From: Camelus dromedarius | Lineage: Eukaryota | Length of the DNA stretch: 64,000 nucleotides | NCBI RefSeq assembly: GCF_036321535.1 | Contig: NC_087447.1 | Location: forward strand, 39,930,001-39,994,000 | Direction of reading: 5' to 3' | Part shown: piece after piece, positions 11,673 to 23,912 of the stretch | How positions within the stretch are numbered: the first letter of the stretch is position 1 | Layout of the letters: each line of letters starts with the position of its first letter | Made by a program: the position numbers and the translations under genes | Notes under the pieces: model-generated | Database searches by the model: none | Seen by the model: only the letters and a program-made list of their open reading frames with translations | What the model was told of the DNA's origin: nothing

Positions 11673-13379
11673 CTGCGGGAAGAAAGCACAGGGTCACACT
11701 GCAGCCCACTGAGGACTAGGGGTGGGGCTCCGTCACAGTCGTGCTCCATACTGGTATGTATTGAGAAATTGAGAAATAAAGCCACGTTAGCCTGCAGCTG
11801 TTACTCAGCCTGCAACAAATTCCTGCCTCTCCTTGCTACAAGGACCAAATTGTCCCCTTCATCTCACTTTTTCTGTCACCACACTCGCTTTCCTGAGAAA
11901 CTGGGCATGGAAATCTGCCTCCTCTCAGAAACGATGTCGGAAAAGACGGAAGTGAGACGGGCACTGATGTTTTTCTTAAGGCTCTGCCTTCACCTCTGGC
12001 CTGTCCCTCTTTCAAGGGCTTGCTGTCTGGGGCACAGTGGGCGCCCGACAACTCTTCATGGACCGGATGAACCAGGTCCCCCAGTGGAGGCTACATTTGT
12101 GTTGTAGATTGTTTCCATCCTCGGGTCAACCCTCTGCTGACTTCTCTCCTGGTTTGGCTTCCCTCAGTAATTTTCTGATTATCCTCCCTCCCTCCTCGGG
12201 CTGCTGCTCAAGAATGCCCCCATCCAGCCTGGGCTCTGAACCTGTCCCTTCAGCAATAGGAGTCGTGGGCCCTGGGGCCGGGCACCCCACCTCTCCAGGC
12301 CCGTTTCCTCAGCTGAACATGATGCGCTACAATGGTTGACCAGCAAGTTCTTTTACAGTTTCCAAATCCTAGAAATCTACAACTCTACTGTCCTCACGAA
12401 AAATCACAAGAGGTCAAGGACCACTATAGATGTCCAGTCTGCTCCCTCCACACATGCATCCCCCACATGAAGCCTTAGTGAAAAATAAAAATTCCCACCA
12501 CAAAACCAGTGGTATGATGGACTCTCGCTGAACACTGACCTTCGATTATCACCTCCCTTAAAAGCGGTGACTCAGATCCCTTCACCTCTACTCAGTTCTA
12601 GTTTGGCTGATGACTTTTCACCAATGAAGCTCCGAAGGACCATTTTCTCTGAAGGTGTTGGTCACCCAAAGGTTCTTAAAGCACTGATAAGCAGCCGTAA
12701 TCAACCTTAATAAAAGCAATGTCCCATCTTTCTGTTTTATTTTTTATTGACTCTGGCTTCACCGATTGCCAGCATACACTTGCAAGAAGCCTTAAGCACA
12801 AGACAGCTGCTTACAAAGAGTTCTTTCATATTAGCAAACTCACTGGTGGTTGCAGTTGGACAGGGAGCGAGATTGCCTAACAAAGAGAGTGAAACCCACT
12901 CGACCCTAAAGAGACACAACTCGCATTATGAAGCTGGTATTTAGTCCTGCTGTTGTGGGCCCTTGACATTCACATGGGATATCGGCCAGTCACCATCTCG
13001 ACTCTCCAAAGCCACAGACACCCACTACTCTATATAATCCCCCCACCCATAAAAACATAACTGAAAACTATAAGTGACCCTTCAAAGCTTAAATGATTCT
13101 ATAAGTATAGGATTGCGTTTGCTTTCCAAAGAACAATTGCTTCCTTAGACTTCTATAATTTCTTCTAGTGTTCCTCCTAGCACTAGCAGTTTGCTTTCTT
13201 TTCCAGGCTGTTTCTCACAAAGAAGCAAGATTTCCATGACTTAACAAGCACCACTAGGTGAGCTATGGGCAGTAGAAGTCAAGTCACGTCACAGTGTGGA
13301 TGTGAGGCTGGGCTTGCTGGCCAGTGAAGAGACTAGCTCCTACCCAGGACCTTCTGGATTTGCATCCCCCTAGCCAGGT

Positions 13380-13862
13380 CTGCGCTGTCCAATACAGTAG
13401 CCATTAACCACATGCGGCTATTAAAACTCGAATTGAAAATTCAATTTCTCAGACTCACACACATAGAACACAAACTTATGGTTACCAATGGGGGAAGGGG
13501 GTGGGAAAGGATAAACTGGGAGTTGGAGATTTGCAGATACCAACTAATATATAGATAAACAAGTTTACACTGTATAGCACAGGGAACTATATTCAATATC
13601 TTGTAGTAACCTATTATGAAAAAAATATGGAAACGAATATACGTATGTTCCTATATAACTGAGTATTATGCTGTACACCAGAAATTGACACAACATTGTA
13701 AACTGACTATACTTCAATAAAAATATATCTAAAAAATTCAGTTTCTTAGTTGCATCTTTCACATTTCAAGTGCTCAGAGGCCCAGGTAGGCAAGTGGTAC
13801 CACACCGGACAGTGCCGATGCAGATTTCCACTGTCACAGCAAAGTCAGTTGCACGGCCCTGT
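13380..13862 (-). mobile_element. MER3-like MITE split by an L1 3'-end insertion
   Basis: ctgcgctgtccaatacagtagccattaaccacatgcggctatt left of the L1, continuing aaaattcagtttcttagttgca...cacatttcaagtgctc...ggacagtgc right of it. Confidence 0.8.
13453..13732 (+). mobile_element. 5'-truncated lineage-specific L1 (3' UTR only, about 280 nt) with 17-bp TSD
   Basis: actcacacacatagaacacaaacttatggttacc...gaaattgacacaacattgtaaactgactatacttcaataaaaa; TSD aaaattcaatttctcag (13436-13452) / aaaattcagtttcttag (13733-13749). Confidence 0.9.
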
Positions 13863-13869
13863 CCTAGGT

Positions 13870-14910
13870 GATCCTGTGTATCCAAATGCTGATGATGCCC
13901 ACGTTTAAAATCTCCAGCCGAGGCCTGACCCTGAGCTCCAGGCTTACTTGATGTGTCCCCTCATGTCTATTAATGGAGATCTCCAATTCACACATTCAAA
14001 ACAGAACCCGTGAGTCTCAGTGCCCTTGTCCCCGCCATAACAACACTAAACCAAGACCTGTCCATCCCCTAGTCTTCTCTTAAAGGGCACTACCATTTAC
14101 ATAGCGGTTCAAGCCAAAATCTGAGGAAATCACCTTTCACTTCTTCTTCCTCACCATCTGTAGCCAACAAATTGGCAAGTTTTGTGGGCTTCACTGCCAC
14201 ACCAGGACCCTCTTCCAACCACTTCTTATCATCTCCACCACCACCACCATCCTGGGTCAGGCCACTATTATCTTTCAGCTAAACTACCAGAACCACCTTC
14301 CAACTGGTCTACTGCTTTCTGACGCATGCCCCCAGCCCTACCTACTTTCCATCGCATAATCAGATGGTTTATAAGGATGTAAATAGGATCCCACATTCTC
14401 CTACTTTAAGCCTTCCCACGGCTTACCATCATCCTCCAAATAAACCCCAACTCCCTACTAAGACCGCCTGCAAGACCCTCTGATTAGCCCTCTGCCTCCC
14501 TCTCATGTCGTGTTTTCTTCACAGTGCTCGTTACCATCCGAAATAATGATTATTTCTCTATGTGTTAACTATTCGCCCTCAACAGAATGCAAGCCGTGGG
14601 AAGACTGGCACTCTTTCTCTTTTGTCCACTATTAGGTCTCCAAAGAGGAGCCAGACTGCCTAGGTTCCCATCCAGGATCCACCACTTCCTGGCTAGGTGA
14701 CTGTGGGCAAGTTCACCAGCCTCTTATACCTCAGTTTCCTTATCTGCAAAATGGAGATGATAATAATACTGCCTACCTCCTAGGGTGGTTGAGAGGATTA
14801 AATGATTTAATATATGTAAAGCACTTAGAAGAGTGCCTGGTAAGAGATATGTAATTATATGCTATTACTACTTACGGTAAGGACTCAAGAATCATTTGTT
14901 GAATAAATGA
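13870..14910 (+). mobile_element. L2 LINE fragment interrupted by a MIR
   Basis: atgctgatgatgcccac...ctccagcc...ccctgagctccag and 3' tail aaggactcaagaatcatttgttgaataaatga; MIR at about 14648-14870. Confidence 0.7.
14648..14870 (+). mobile_element. MIR SINE
   Basis: ggagccagactgcctaggttc...cctcagtttccttatctgcaaaatggagatgataataat...gaggattaaatgatttaatatatgtaaagcacttagaagagtgcctgg. Confidence 0.9.
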
Positions 14911-16054
14911 AAAAACTGTTAAGACCACCACCCTTCCACTGAATAGGTTATAAGTTGAAGCACAATTTACCAAAGGGGTGTATAGGATGCAAAGAAGGAT
15001 TTCAGCTTGTCCTTAGGGGAAAAAAAATCCTATTTTGGCCTGACCCTGAGTGTGTGTTTACATATGTGTGCATATTTCTAGAGCAGCATGTTCAGCTTAC
15101 ATTTTGTCAAGAGAAAAAAGCCGCCTCCGTCCCAAGACTGTTGTACAGCCAGAGCCAATCTGTGAATATGGAGATACTTACACCTCTCACGTGTGACTAG
15201 AAATGCAATATATGTGCCAGGACTCCTAAGGGTGTGGCCGAACAGGATCTCTTCTTCCGGGTAGATCTTGTTCAAAATGTTTTCAGATGAAAAATCTCCA
15301 GTCAGAAACACTCCCCTCTGCCCTGCCTCTTTAATTCACTCACAGAGACAAAACAAACCCGAGAAGAAAGGCTGAGATATGTTTGCAGTTGGAAATGTTT
15401 CTTTTTTCAGGAAATGATTTGGTACAGGAACATCATTCCCATCCCATTAACTGCTGACTCGGAGCCAACTGTTTGTAAAAGTGAATATGCAAACTGCCCA
15501 GTTCAGGCCTGGCCCCCGCCCCATGGGGCTGCATTAGTGGCCACGTTCCCAAAACAGCCCGCGTGCTTTGGAGGTTTCATTTCTATTAAACCAAAGCAGG
15601 ACCCGGCAGAAGCCCCTCGCCGATCCCTGTGCTCTGAAAGAGAAAGGGCTGCAATTCAATTTTCTCTGCCTAGAATATGAGTATGATGTTTCTCCTCTCA
15701 ACCTCCTCTAACAATCTAAAACTAAGTCTGCATGTGCAGCCCTCGGTGTCTCGCAGCGCCATTAGTCATAACTTAATGAACAGATTAAATGCCCAGCTGA
15801 AGGTCGGGCTTGGGAGAGCGGGGCGATAGCCGGGACTCCTGACGCGCTCACCATGGGAAAGGGTGCTGGGCTCTTCTGGGAAATGCAGTCTCACTCGGGG
15901 GCTGGCTACACAGCAGGAAAAGTACACTGATGGGCTTTGGAGTTTGAAAGAGCTGGATTTGAACCCTACTTCTATTTTTATCAGCTGTGGGACCTTACGT
16001 TCGTGACTTAACCTCCCTGAAATTTGGTATAAAACTATTCTCTGTAAAGCAAGG

Positions 16055-16602
16055 GTGTAGCTGACACTGGTGGTTTCCTCCCCAATATTGATTATATTTT
16101 TCTCTGCTGAAAGAACCCTCATTTTGTCCCAGTATACACCCCTCCTTCCTCTGCCTCTAGGTGTGATTTTGATTGATTTAAACTAACATGATGATTTCAA
16201 TCCCCTTAGCAGTGATGGGCTCAAACGTTGTCTTGTAACACAATTCTGGTCAAAGAACTGTGACAGGAAATTTCTAGAAGCTTCTAGAAAAGTTCTCCTA
16301 CATTTTAAAGACAGGCCCAAGGAAGAGAAGGTATCTTTCTAACCATTATTGCATCGGGATGTTAAGCCTGGATTTACTGCAGCCACTTTGTAGCCATAAG
16401 GTAAGTTAACCCAAAGAAAAAGCTAGTATGCTAAAGTTGATGGAGAAAGATAGAAGGGGGTTCTTGTTGATACTGCCAAGCCACCATCCCTAAAGCCACC
16501 CTAGCTTTGTGTGTCTTGGTGTAAGTGATATAATCAGTTCCTTTATTGTTTAAGCCAATTGAGCTGGCGTTTTCTGGGGCTTGGAGCCTGAACTCTCTTA
16601 TA
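16055..16602 (+). mobile_element. MLT1-type (ERVL-MaLR, MLT1I/J-like) solo LTR
   Basis: Starts tgtagctgac; contains caattctggtcaa, ctgcagccactttgtagccataagg and 3' ttcctttattgtttaagccaattgagctggcgttttctg, typical of old MLT1 LTRs. Confidence 0.7.
16266..16290. promoter_or_regulatory. perfect 5-unit heat-shock element (HSF-binding consensus); function untested
   Basis: gGAAa-tTTCt-aGAAg-cTTCt-aGAAa: five contiguous alternating nGAAn/nTTCn units; 16271-16290 is a perfect 20-bp palindrome. Confidence 0.55.
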
Positions 16603-16861
16603 CCAGGGCTTATAAAGTTAATGGAACATGGGACACCAGGCTTATAAAGTTGATGGATGAATGCAGTAGGTCTGCAATGAACAGTAATTTTCCTTTTCAT
16701 TTTTTTCCATGGGAAACAGAATAGCTACAGGCATCTCTTTCACTCCAAAATATATATACAGGGACTCAAAGAACACCAGGTGGAAAACAAGTATGGCGAG
16801 AAGAACAGAGAGACATTTCTAAGAGCACAGAAGGGTCCATTTATGCAAGGCCAGTAATTTC

Positions 16862-17160
16862 ACTCATTCAACCAATAAACAGTTACTGGGCATCTCCTCT
16901 GAAGCAAACCCTGTGCCAGCACTGGGGATAAGGGTTTGGGGATTTGATGTGAGTTGGGCCTCAAGCTGCTCACAGGTAGTGGGAGGGGCAGGCACATAAA
17001 AACACAACAGGAGGTCAGCTGCACTCAGGGGTGAGGGAAGTGTAACCAGAGGGCTCTGGGAACTCAGGTCAAACAAGGATAACTTGGGATGGAGAAGGCT
17101 GGGAACGATTCCCAGAGAGGGGGACATTTGAGCTGGACTTGAAAAACTTAAATTTTCATC
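16862..17160 (-). mobile_element. L2 3' fragment
   Basis: cactcattcaaccaataaacagttactggg...gacatttgagctggacttgaa. Confidence 0.55.
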
Positions 17161-17654
17161 TGACACAGGTACCCCACAAAAAGCACATCTTGTGTAAAAA
17201 CAGCAAAATGTGGACAAACAAGGCAGGTGTTAGAGGACTGATTATGTCTGAGCACCGGGAAAGTAGGGAGCACACAGGGGAAGCTGTGGAGAGGGACAGA
17301 GGGGCAAATAAGTAGGTGGGGTCCTGAGAGTCAAGGGCTGCAAATCCATTTGTTCCCCAGCACGCCCTGGACCATGCTCCCTGTGCCTACAGAGGGAAAA
17401 ACCCAAACAACATACTGAGGGAGGGCAAGAGAATAAGCAGGATGTTCTTCCTCCTTCAGTGCAGGAGGGTCCCAGTGAGATACCTAGGCTGATTGAGATT
17501 CTTATCAGGACTCTAGTGATTAATTTCTGGTCCTCTGGAAAGCTCCTAAAGCTCCCTTAATTTCTTCATGGCTCAAGGGCCCCCACAGAACTTACTGGCA
17601 GCTAAAGACAACGACACTGTCTGGTGAGCACATCCCAACAATTTATCTCTATGT

Positions 17655-20600
17655 GAAACATCAACCTGAAAGAACATCCAGCAAAAAACTATAGCTAACA
17701 AAAAACATCATAATTAAAGGTGAGAAACTGGATGCTTATACCCTAAGATGAGGAACAAGGCAAAGATGTCTCCTCTTATCACACCTATTCAAAATCATAC
17801 TAAAAATTCTAGCTAGTACAATAATAAAGGAGAAGGAAGTAAAAGGCATACAAATTGGGAAAGAGGAAATGAATTCATCTTTGTAGGTAAGATTATTGAC
17901 TATGTAGAACATCCCAAAGAATTGACCAAACCAAAATAGAACAAAACCCCCCAAACTCTTAGAATTAATAAGCAATTATAATAAGGTTGCAGGATACAAG
18001 GTTAATATACAAAGATCGATTGCTTTCCTATATACCAGCAATGAATGATTAGAATTAGAAATTTAAAATACAATATCATTTATAGTAGCACCCAAAATGC
18101 AATAATTACATATAAATATAACAGAATGTATACAGGATTGATAAGCAGAAAATTATAAAACTCTGATGAAAGAAATCAAAGAAGGTCTAGATAAATGGAG
18201 AGAGATTCAGTGTTCATGGACTGGAAGACATAATATTAAGAAGTCAATTCTTTCCAACTTCATCTATAGATTCAATGCAATCCCAGTCAAAATCACAGCA
18301 AGCTATTTTTTGGATATCAACAAACTGATTCTAAAGTTTACACAGAAAAGCAAAGACCCAGAGTAGCCAACACAATATTGAAGAAGAAAAAAGTTGGAGG
18401 ACTGACACTACTAGACTTTAAGACTTACCATAAAGCTACGCTAATCAAGAAAGCATGGTACTGGCAAAAGAACAGACATATAGATCAATGGAAAAGAACA
18501 GAGAACCCAGAAACAGACACAAACAGACTCCCTTTGACAAAGGAGCAAAAGCAATTCAATGAAGAAAAGATAGTCTTACCAACAAGCAGTGTTAGAACTG
18601 GCTGTCCATATGCAAAAAAATTAATCTAGACACAGAGCATACATTTTTCATAAAATTTAACTCAATATGATCACAGAACTAAGCATAAAACACTGTATAT
18701 AAAATTTCTAGGAAAAAAACACAGGAGAAAATCTATGTGATTTTGGGTTTGGCAATGAATTTTTATATACCAAAAGGATAATCTATGAAAGAAAAATTGG
18801 TAAGTTGGACCTCATTAAATTCTACTCTGTGAAAGATATCATTAAGGGAATGAAAAGACAAACCATAGACTTGGAGAAAATGTTTGCAAAATAAATATCT
18901 GATACAAGACTTGTATACAAAATATACGAAGAACTCTAAAACTGAACAATAAAAAAACAAACAACCTGGCTACAAAATGGGCAAGAGATCTAAACAGTCA
19001 TGGCACCAAAGAACAGGTATGATGGCAAATAAGCATATGAAAAGGTGTTCAACATCATTTGTCATTAGGGAATAACAAATTAAAACAACGAGACACTACT
19101 ACACTTATTAGAATGACTAAAATCCAAAAAACTGACAATACCAAATGCTGACAAGGATGTGAAGCACCAGGAACTCTCATTCACTGTTGGTGGGAATGCA
19201 CAATGGTACAGCCATTTTTGGAAGACAGTTTGGTAGTTTCCTACAAAGTCTTACAATTTAATCCAGCAATCGTGTGCCTAGGTATTTACCCAGTTGATTT
19301 GAAAACATATTCACATAAAAACCTGCATCTGATATTTATATCAGCTTTATTCATGTTTGCCAAAATCTCAAAGCAACCAAGATAGCCTTCAGTAAGCAGA
19401 TAGATAAACAAATTGTGGTATATCCATATGAAGAAATACTCAGTGATAAAAAGAAATGAGCAATAAAGCCATGAAGAGACATGGAAGAACTTTAAATGTA
19501 CAATTCCTAAGTCAAAGAGGCTCGTCTAAAAATGCTATGTATGATTCCAATTATATGACATTTGGAAAAGTTAAAACTATAGATACAGTAAAAAGATTGG
19601 TGGTTACCAGGAGTTTGGGGAAGGGTTGAACAGGCAAAGTATGGAAAAACTTTAAGACGATGAGACTGGTCCTGTATGATACTGTAATGATGGATACATG
19701 ATTTTATGCATTTGTCAAACTCATAGAACTTTATAGCACAAGTAGTAAACCTTAATGTATGCAAACTTAAAAAAATCATTTAGGAGGTTGGAAACCAGGC
19801 AATCTACAGATTTAATGCAATCCCTATCAAATTACCCAGGACATATTTCACAGAACTAGAACAAATCATAGTAAAATTTATATGGAAACACAAAAGACCT
19901 AGAATTGCCAAAGCATTACTGAAGAAAAAGAAAGAGGCTGGAGGAATAACTCTCCCAGACTTCAGACAATACTACAGAGCTACAGTCATCAAGATAGCAT
20001 GGTACTGGTACAAAAACAGACATATGGACCAATGGAACAGAATAGAGAGCCCAGAAATGAACCCACAAACTTTTGGTCAACTAATCTTTGACAAAGGAGG
20101 CAAGAATATACAATGGAATAAAGACAGTCTCTTCAGCAAAAGGTGTTGGGAAAACTGGACAGCAGCATGTAAATCAATGAAGCTAGAACACTCCCTTACA
20201 CCATACACAAAAATAAACTCAAAATGGATCAAAGACTTAAATGTAAGACAAGATACAATAAACGTCCTAGAAGAAAATATAGGTAAAACATTATCTGACA
20301 TCATCTCAAAAATGTTCTCCTAGGGCAGTCTACCCAAGCAATAGAAATAAAAGCAAGAATAAACAAATGGGACCTAATTAAACTTACAAGCTTCTGCACA
20401 ACAAAGGAAACCATAAGTAAAACAAAATGACAACCTATGGAACGGGAGAAAATTTTTGCAAAGTATGAAACAGACAAAGGCTTGACCTCCAGAATATATA
20501 AGCAGCTCATACAACTTAATAAGAAAAAAACAAACAACTCAATCCAAAACTGGGCAGAAGACCTAAACAAGCAATTCTCCAAGGAAGAAATACAAATGAT

Positions 20601-22928
20601 CAATAGGCACATGAAAAAATGCTCAATATCACTAATTATCAAGAGAAATGCAAATCAAAACTATGATGAGGTATCATCTCACCCCAGCCAGAATGGCCAA
20701 CATTCAAAAGTCCACAAATGACAAATGCTGGAGAGGCTGTGGAGAAAAGGGAACCCTCCTACACTGCTGGTGGGAATGCAGTTTGGTGCAGCCACTGTGG
20801 AAAACACTATGGAGACTCCCCAAAAGACTAGGAATAGATTTACCATAGGACCCAGGAATCCCACTCCTAGGCATATATCGAGAAGGAACCCTACTTCAAA
20901 ATGATACCTGCACCCCAGTGTTCATAGCAGCACTATTTACAATAGCCAAGACATGGAAAGAGCCTTAATGTTCATCAACAGATGACCGGATAAAGAAGAT
21001 GTGGTATATTTATACAATGGAATACTATTCAGCCATAAAAACTGACAACATAACGCCATTTGCAGCAACATGGATGTTCCTGGAGAATGTCATTCTAAGT
21101 GAAGTAAGCCAGAAAGAGAAAGAAAAATACCATATGAGATCACTCATATATGGAATCAAAAAAAAAAAAAAACCATAACTACAGAACAGAAACAGACTCA
21201 TAGACATAGAATACAAACTTGTGGTTGCCAGGGGGACGGGGACGGGGAAGGGACTGGGATTTCAAAACGTAGAATAGATAAGCAAGATTGTACTGTGTAG
21301 CATGGGGAAATACATACAGGATCTTGTGGTGGCTCACAGCGAAAGAGAATGTGACAATGAATGTATGTATGTTCATGTATAACTGAAAAATTGTGTTCTA
21401 CACTGGAATTTGACACAACATTGTAAAATGACAATAACTCAATAAAAAAAAGTTAAAAAAAAAAGGAGGTTGGAAACCCAAGGATGGAATGCAGATATGA
21501 CAACAGAATCTAACTGTAATACAAACATATGAGACAACCTCACTGAAGGAGGGTAGGGGAACAGTGCAGACCTAAGTATCACTGGGAATGAATGGAGTCT
21601 GAGAGACCTAAGGTAAGAGGAACTACACACAAGCACTGTATTCTAGTTAATAAAGTTACTCCCCACAGGGCTATGGGTTAACAATTCTGATACTGCTATA
21701 CATGTATACCAGAATTGAACAATTGGGTAAATGGATGGTGGATGGTAGAAACCAGGTCTGTCATTGTTGGAGTGGGAGGTTACAGATAAGCAAGGGAAAA
21801 GGCTAGAATGATCCACGTGGTAATGAATTAGAGTTGGAGACCTTAGTAAGAATTCACGTTTATCTTAATATACAGATTGCTACCTACAGAAATATTTAGA
21901 GATATGTGTGTTTAATGGATTAGAGTATACACATATATTTCCTTGTCCTGTTAGCTGAGAAGGCCTAAAAGAAATGACTCTGGTAGCAATGAACATACCT
22001 ACTACCCAGATCTGGGCTGCTAGTACCATACTCCAATAAAAGCAACTAGGGCTTCTTGGGAAAATGGCTGATTCTAGGACCAGAGAGGAAATGTACCAGA
22101 TGAGTCTACAAGCAGAAAGTAAGGCGGCTGGAAAAATTTGAGCCACAAAATAAATGAAGTAGTATTGGATTATAACCCAAAGCACAAAATTATTCATGAA
22201 TCTATACCAATATAAATGACTGAATAATGCGAGAGAGGAAAAAATTCTCCTTTGTAGAATTCCAAATAATTCATGTAGATCCCATGTCCTCAAGGAGGAA
22301 GAACACAGCCCCTCACTCCCTAAATGTGGGTTGTGCATAGTGACTTCCTACCCAAGAGCAGATATGGGAAGGGGGAAAAGAGTAACTTGACAGTGGAAAA
22401 ACCTGACTAATAGCTGCCTCAGCCAGGTGAGCATGGTCAACATCAATCACATGGGAGCTGATGTGAGGTGATGAAAACAACACTTACCTCTGCTCTTCCT
22501 TCCAAAACCCCCTAAACCCTAGACCGATCTTGAGAAAAACATCAGACAAATTCCAATAGAGGGGCATCCTAAAAAATCCTTGATTAGTACTCAAAACCGT
22601 CAAGGTCATTAAAAGCAAGGAAAGTCTGAGAAAATGTAACAGCTAAGAGGAGCCCACGGAGATGTGGCGGCCAAGTGTAATATGGTGTCCTACATGATGT
22701 CCCGGAACAGAAAAAGGACATCAGGTAAAACCTGAAGAAATCTGAGTGAACTATGGACTTCAGTTAATAATATATAAACACTGGCTCATGAATTGTAACA
22801 AAGGTACCTACCATATTAATGTAAGAAGTTAACAGGATGAGAAACTGGGTATAGGAATATGGGAACTCTGTACTGTCCTTGCATTTTTCTTGTAAATCTA
22901 AAAATATAAACTTGCCTATTAAAAAAAA
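17655..22928 (+). mobile_element. old L1 (L1MC/L1MD-type): decayed ORF2 3' half plus long 3' UTR, interrupted at 19797-21463 by a younger L1
   Basis: ORF-track peptides [11 protein letters not shown] and [32 protein letters not shown] are L1 ORF2; the 3' UTR resumes after the TSD at 21479 and ends in an A-tail near 22928. Confidence 0.9.
19797..21463 (+). mobile_element. young 5'-truncated L1 (about 1.67 kb; ORF2 C-terminus, 3' UTR, polyA) with perfect 15-bp TSD
   Basis: Peptides [30 protein letters not shown] and [18 protein letters not shown] (ORF2 Cys-rich domain) in shifted frames; TSD aggaggttggaaacc at 19782-19796 and 21464-21478. Confidence 0.95.
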
Positions 22929-23389
22929 TCAACATAAATTTGCTATTTTTCCAGCCAAATAAGCTTTCACTGGAGGGGGGGAAATCCATGATTTTAAGAG
23001 AGACATATGTTTCTTCCCATCACCAAGGAGATGGTGGTAACTTAGCCAACATTGGCTGAGCCCTACAGAAGCATTTGAATACAAGACAAAGCATAAAGAC
23101 CATTTCAAAGCCCTACCATGCAAGCTGTGCTCTTTCCCAAGTGAGAACCCACTTCCAGGAAGAAACTACATGGCTTTTTGGTTTTTTCCAGAGCTGAGAT
23201 GAGAAGACAGAGCTTCCTCATTACTTAAGGATGCCTGGCAAGGTCATTTCTGCTTTCCCAAGGAGGATTCTGTCCCACTAGTACAACCATCACTCAAGGT
23301 ACAGTGGCATTTTTAGTGCTTTCTCTGGAACTGCCCTGGAATATATGTCTATCCATGGTTCCTCATGGGGTCTTTACACCGCGGGTTTT

Positions 23390-23912
23390 TGTATTAGTTG
23401 TCTTTTGCTATATCCTTGGTGGCCTGAAACAACACAGATTTATTATCCTTATGGGTCTACAGGTTAGAAGGCCAATATGGGTCTCACTGGGCTAAAATCA
23501 AGGTGTTGGCAGTGCCATGTTTCTTTCTGGAGGGTCTAGGGGAGAATCCATTTTTTGCCTTTTCTAGCTTCTAGAGGCCACCTACAGTCCTTGGCTTGCA
23601 GCCCTCTTCCTCCATCTTCAAAGTCAGCAATGGGGCTGCAGGGGCTGGAGGTCAAATTCCTTTCACTTTGCATTACTCTGACCTCCTCTCCTGTCTTCCT
23701 CTTCTACTTTTAAGGATCCTTAAAAGTACCCTATGGTTACACCGGGGCACCTGGATAACCCAGGACAATCTCCCTAATTTAGAGTCAGCTGATGAGCAGC
23801 AGAAATTCCACCTGCAACCTTTATTTCCCTTTGCCATGCAAGGTAACATATTCACAGATACCAGGAACTGAGATGTGGACATCTTTGGAGGGCTATCAAT
23901 CTGCCTATAACA
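23390..23912 (-). mobile_element. MLT1 (MLT1C/D-like) solo LTR
   Basis: tgtattagtt...aaacaacacagatttatt...aaaatcaaggtgttggcag...tttgccatgcaaggtaacatattcacag...gatgtggacatctttgg...ctgcctataaca; TG...CA ends. Confidence 0.85.

Noticed and set aside
16602..16657. Short imperfect direct repeats (also 59821-59853 and 60070-60118) as a possible array
   Set aside because: Two copies each; ordinary slippage duplications, not a CRISPR-like or functional array.
19212..19221. CArG boxes inside L1 sequence (also 59918-59927)
   Set aside because: The four perfect CArG boxes I found in 64 kb are about what chance predicts, and these two lie in repeats.
21231..21258. G-quadruplex motif gggggacggggacggggaagggactggg
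   Set aside because: It is the ordinary G-rich tract of an L1 3' UTR.
17736..21636. Cluster of ORFs resembling reverse-transcriptase-associated protein
   Set aside because: Broken L1 ORF2 remnants and their antisense frames; no intact element.
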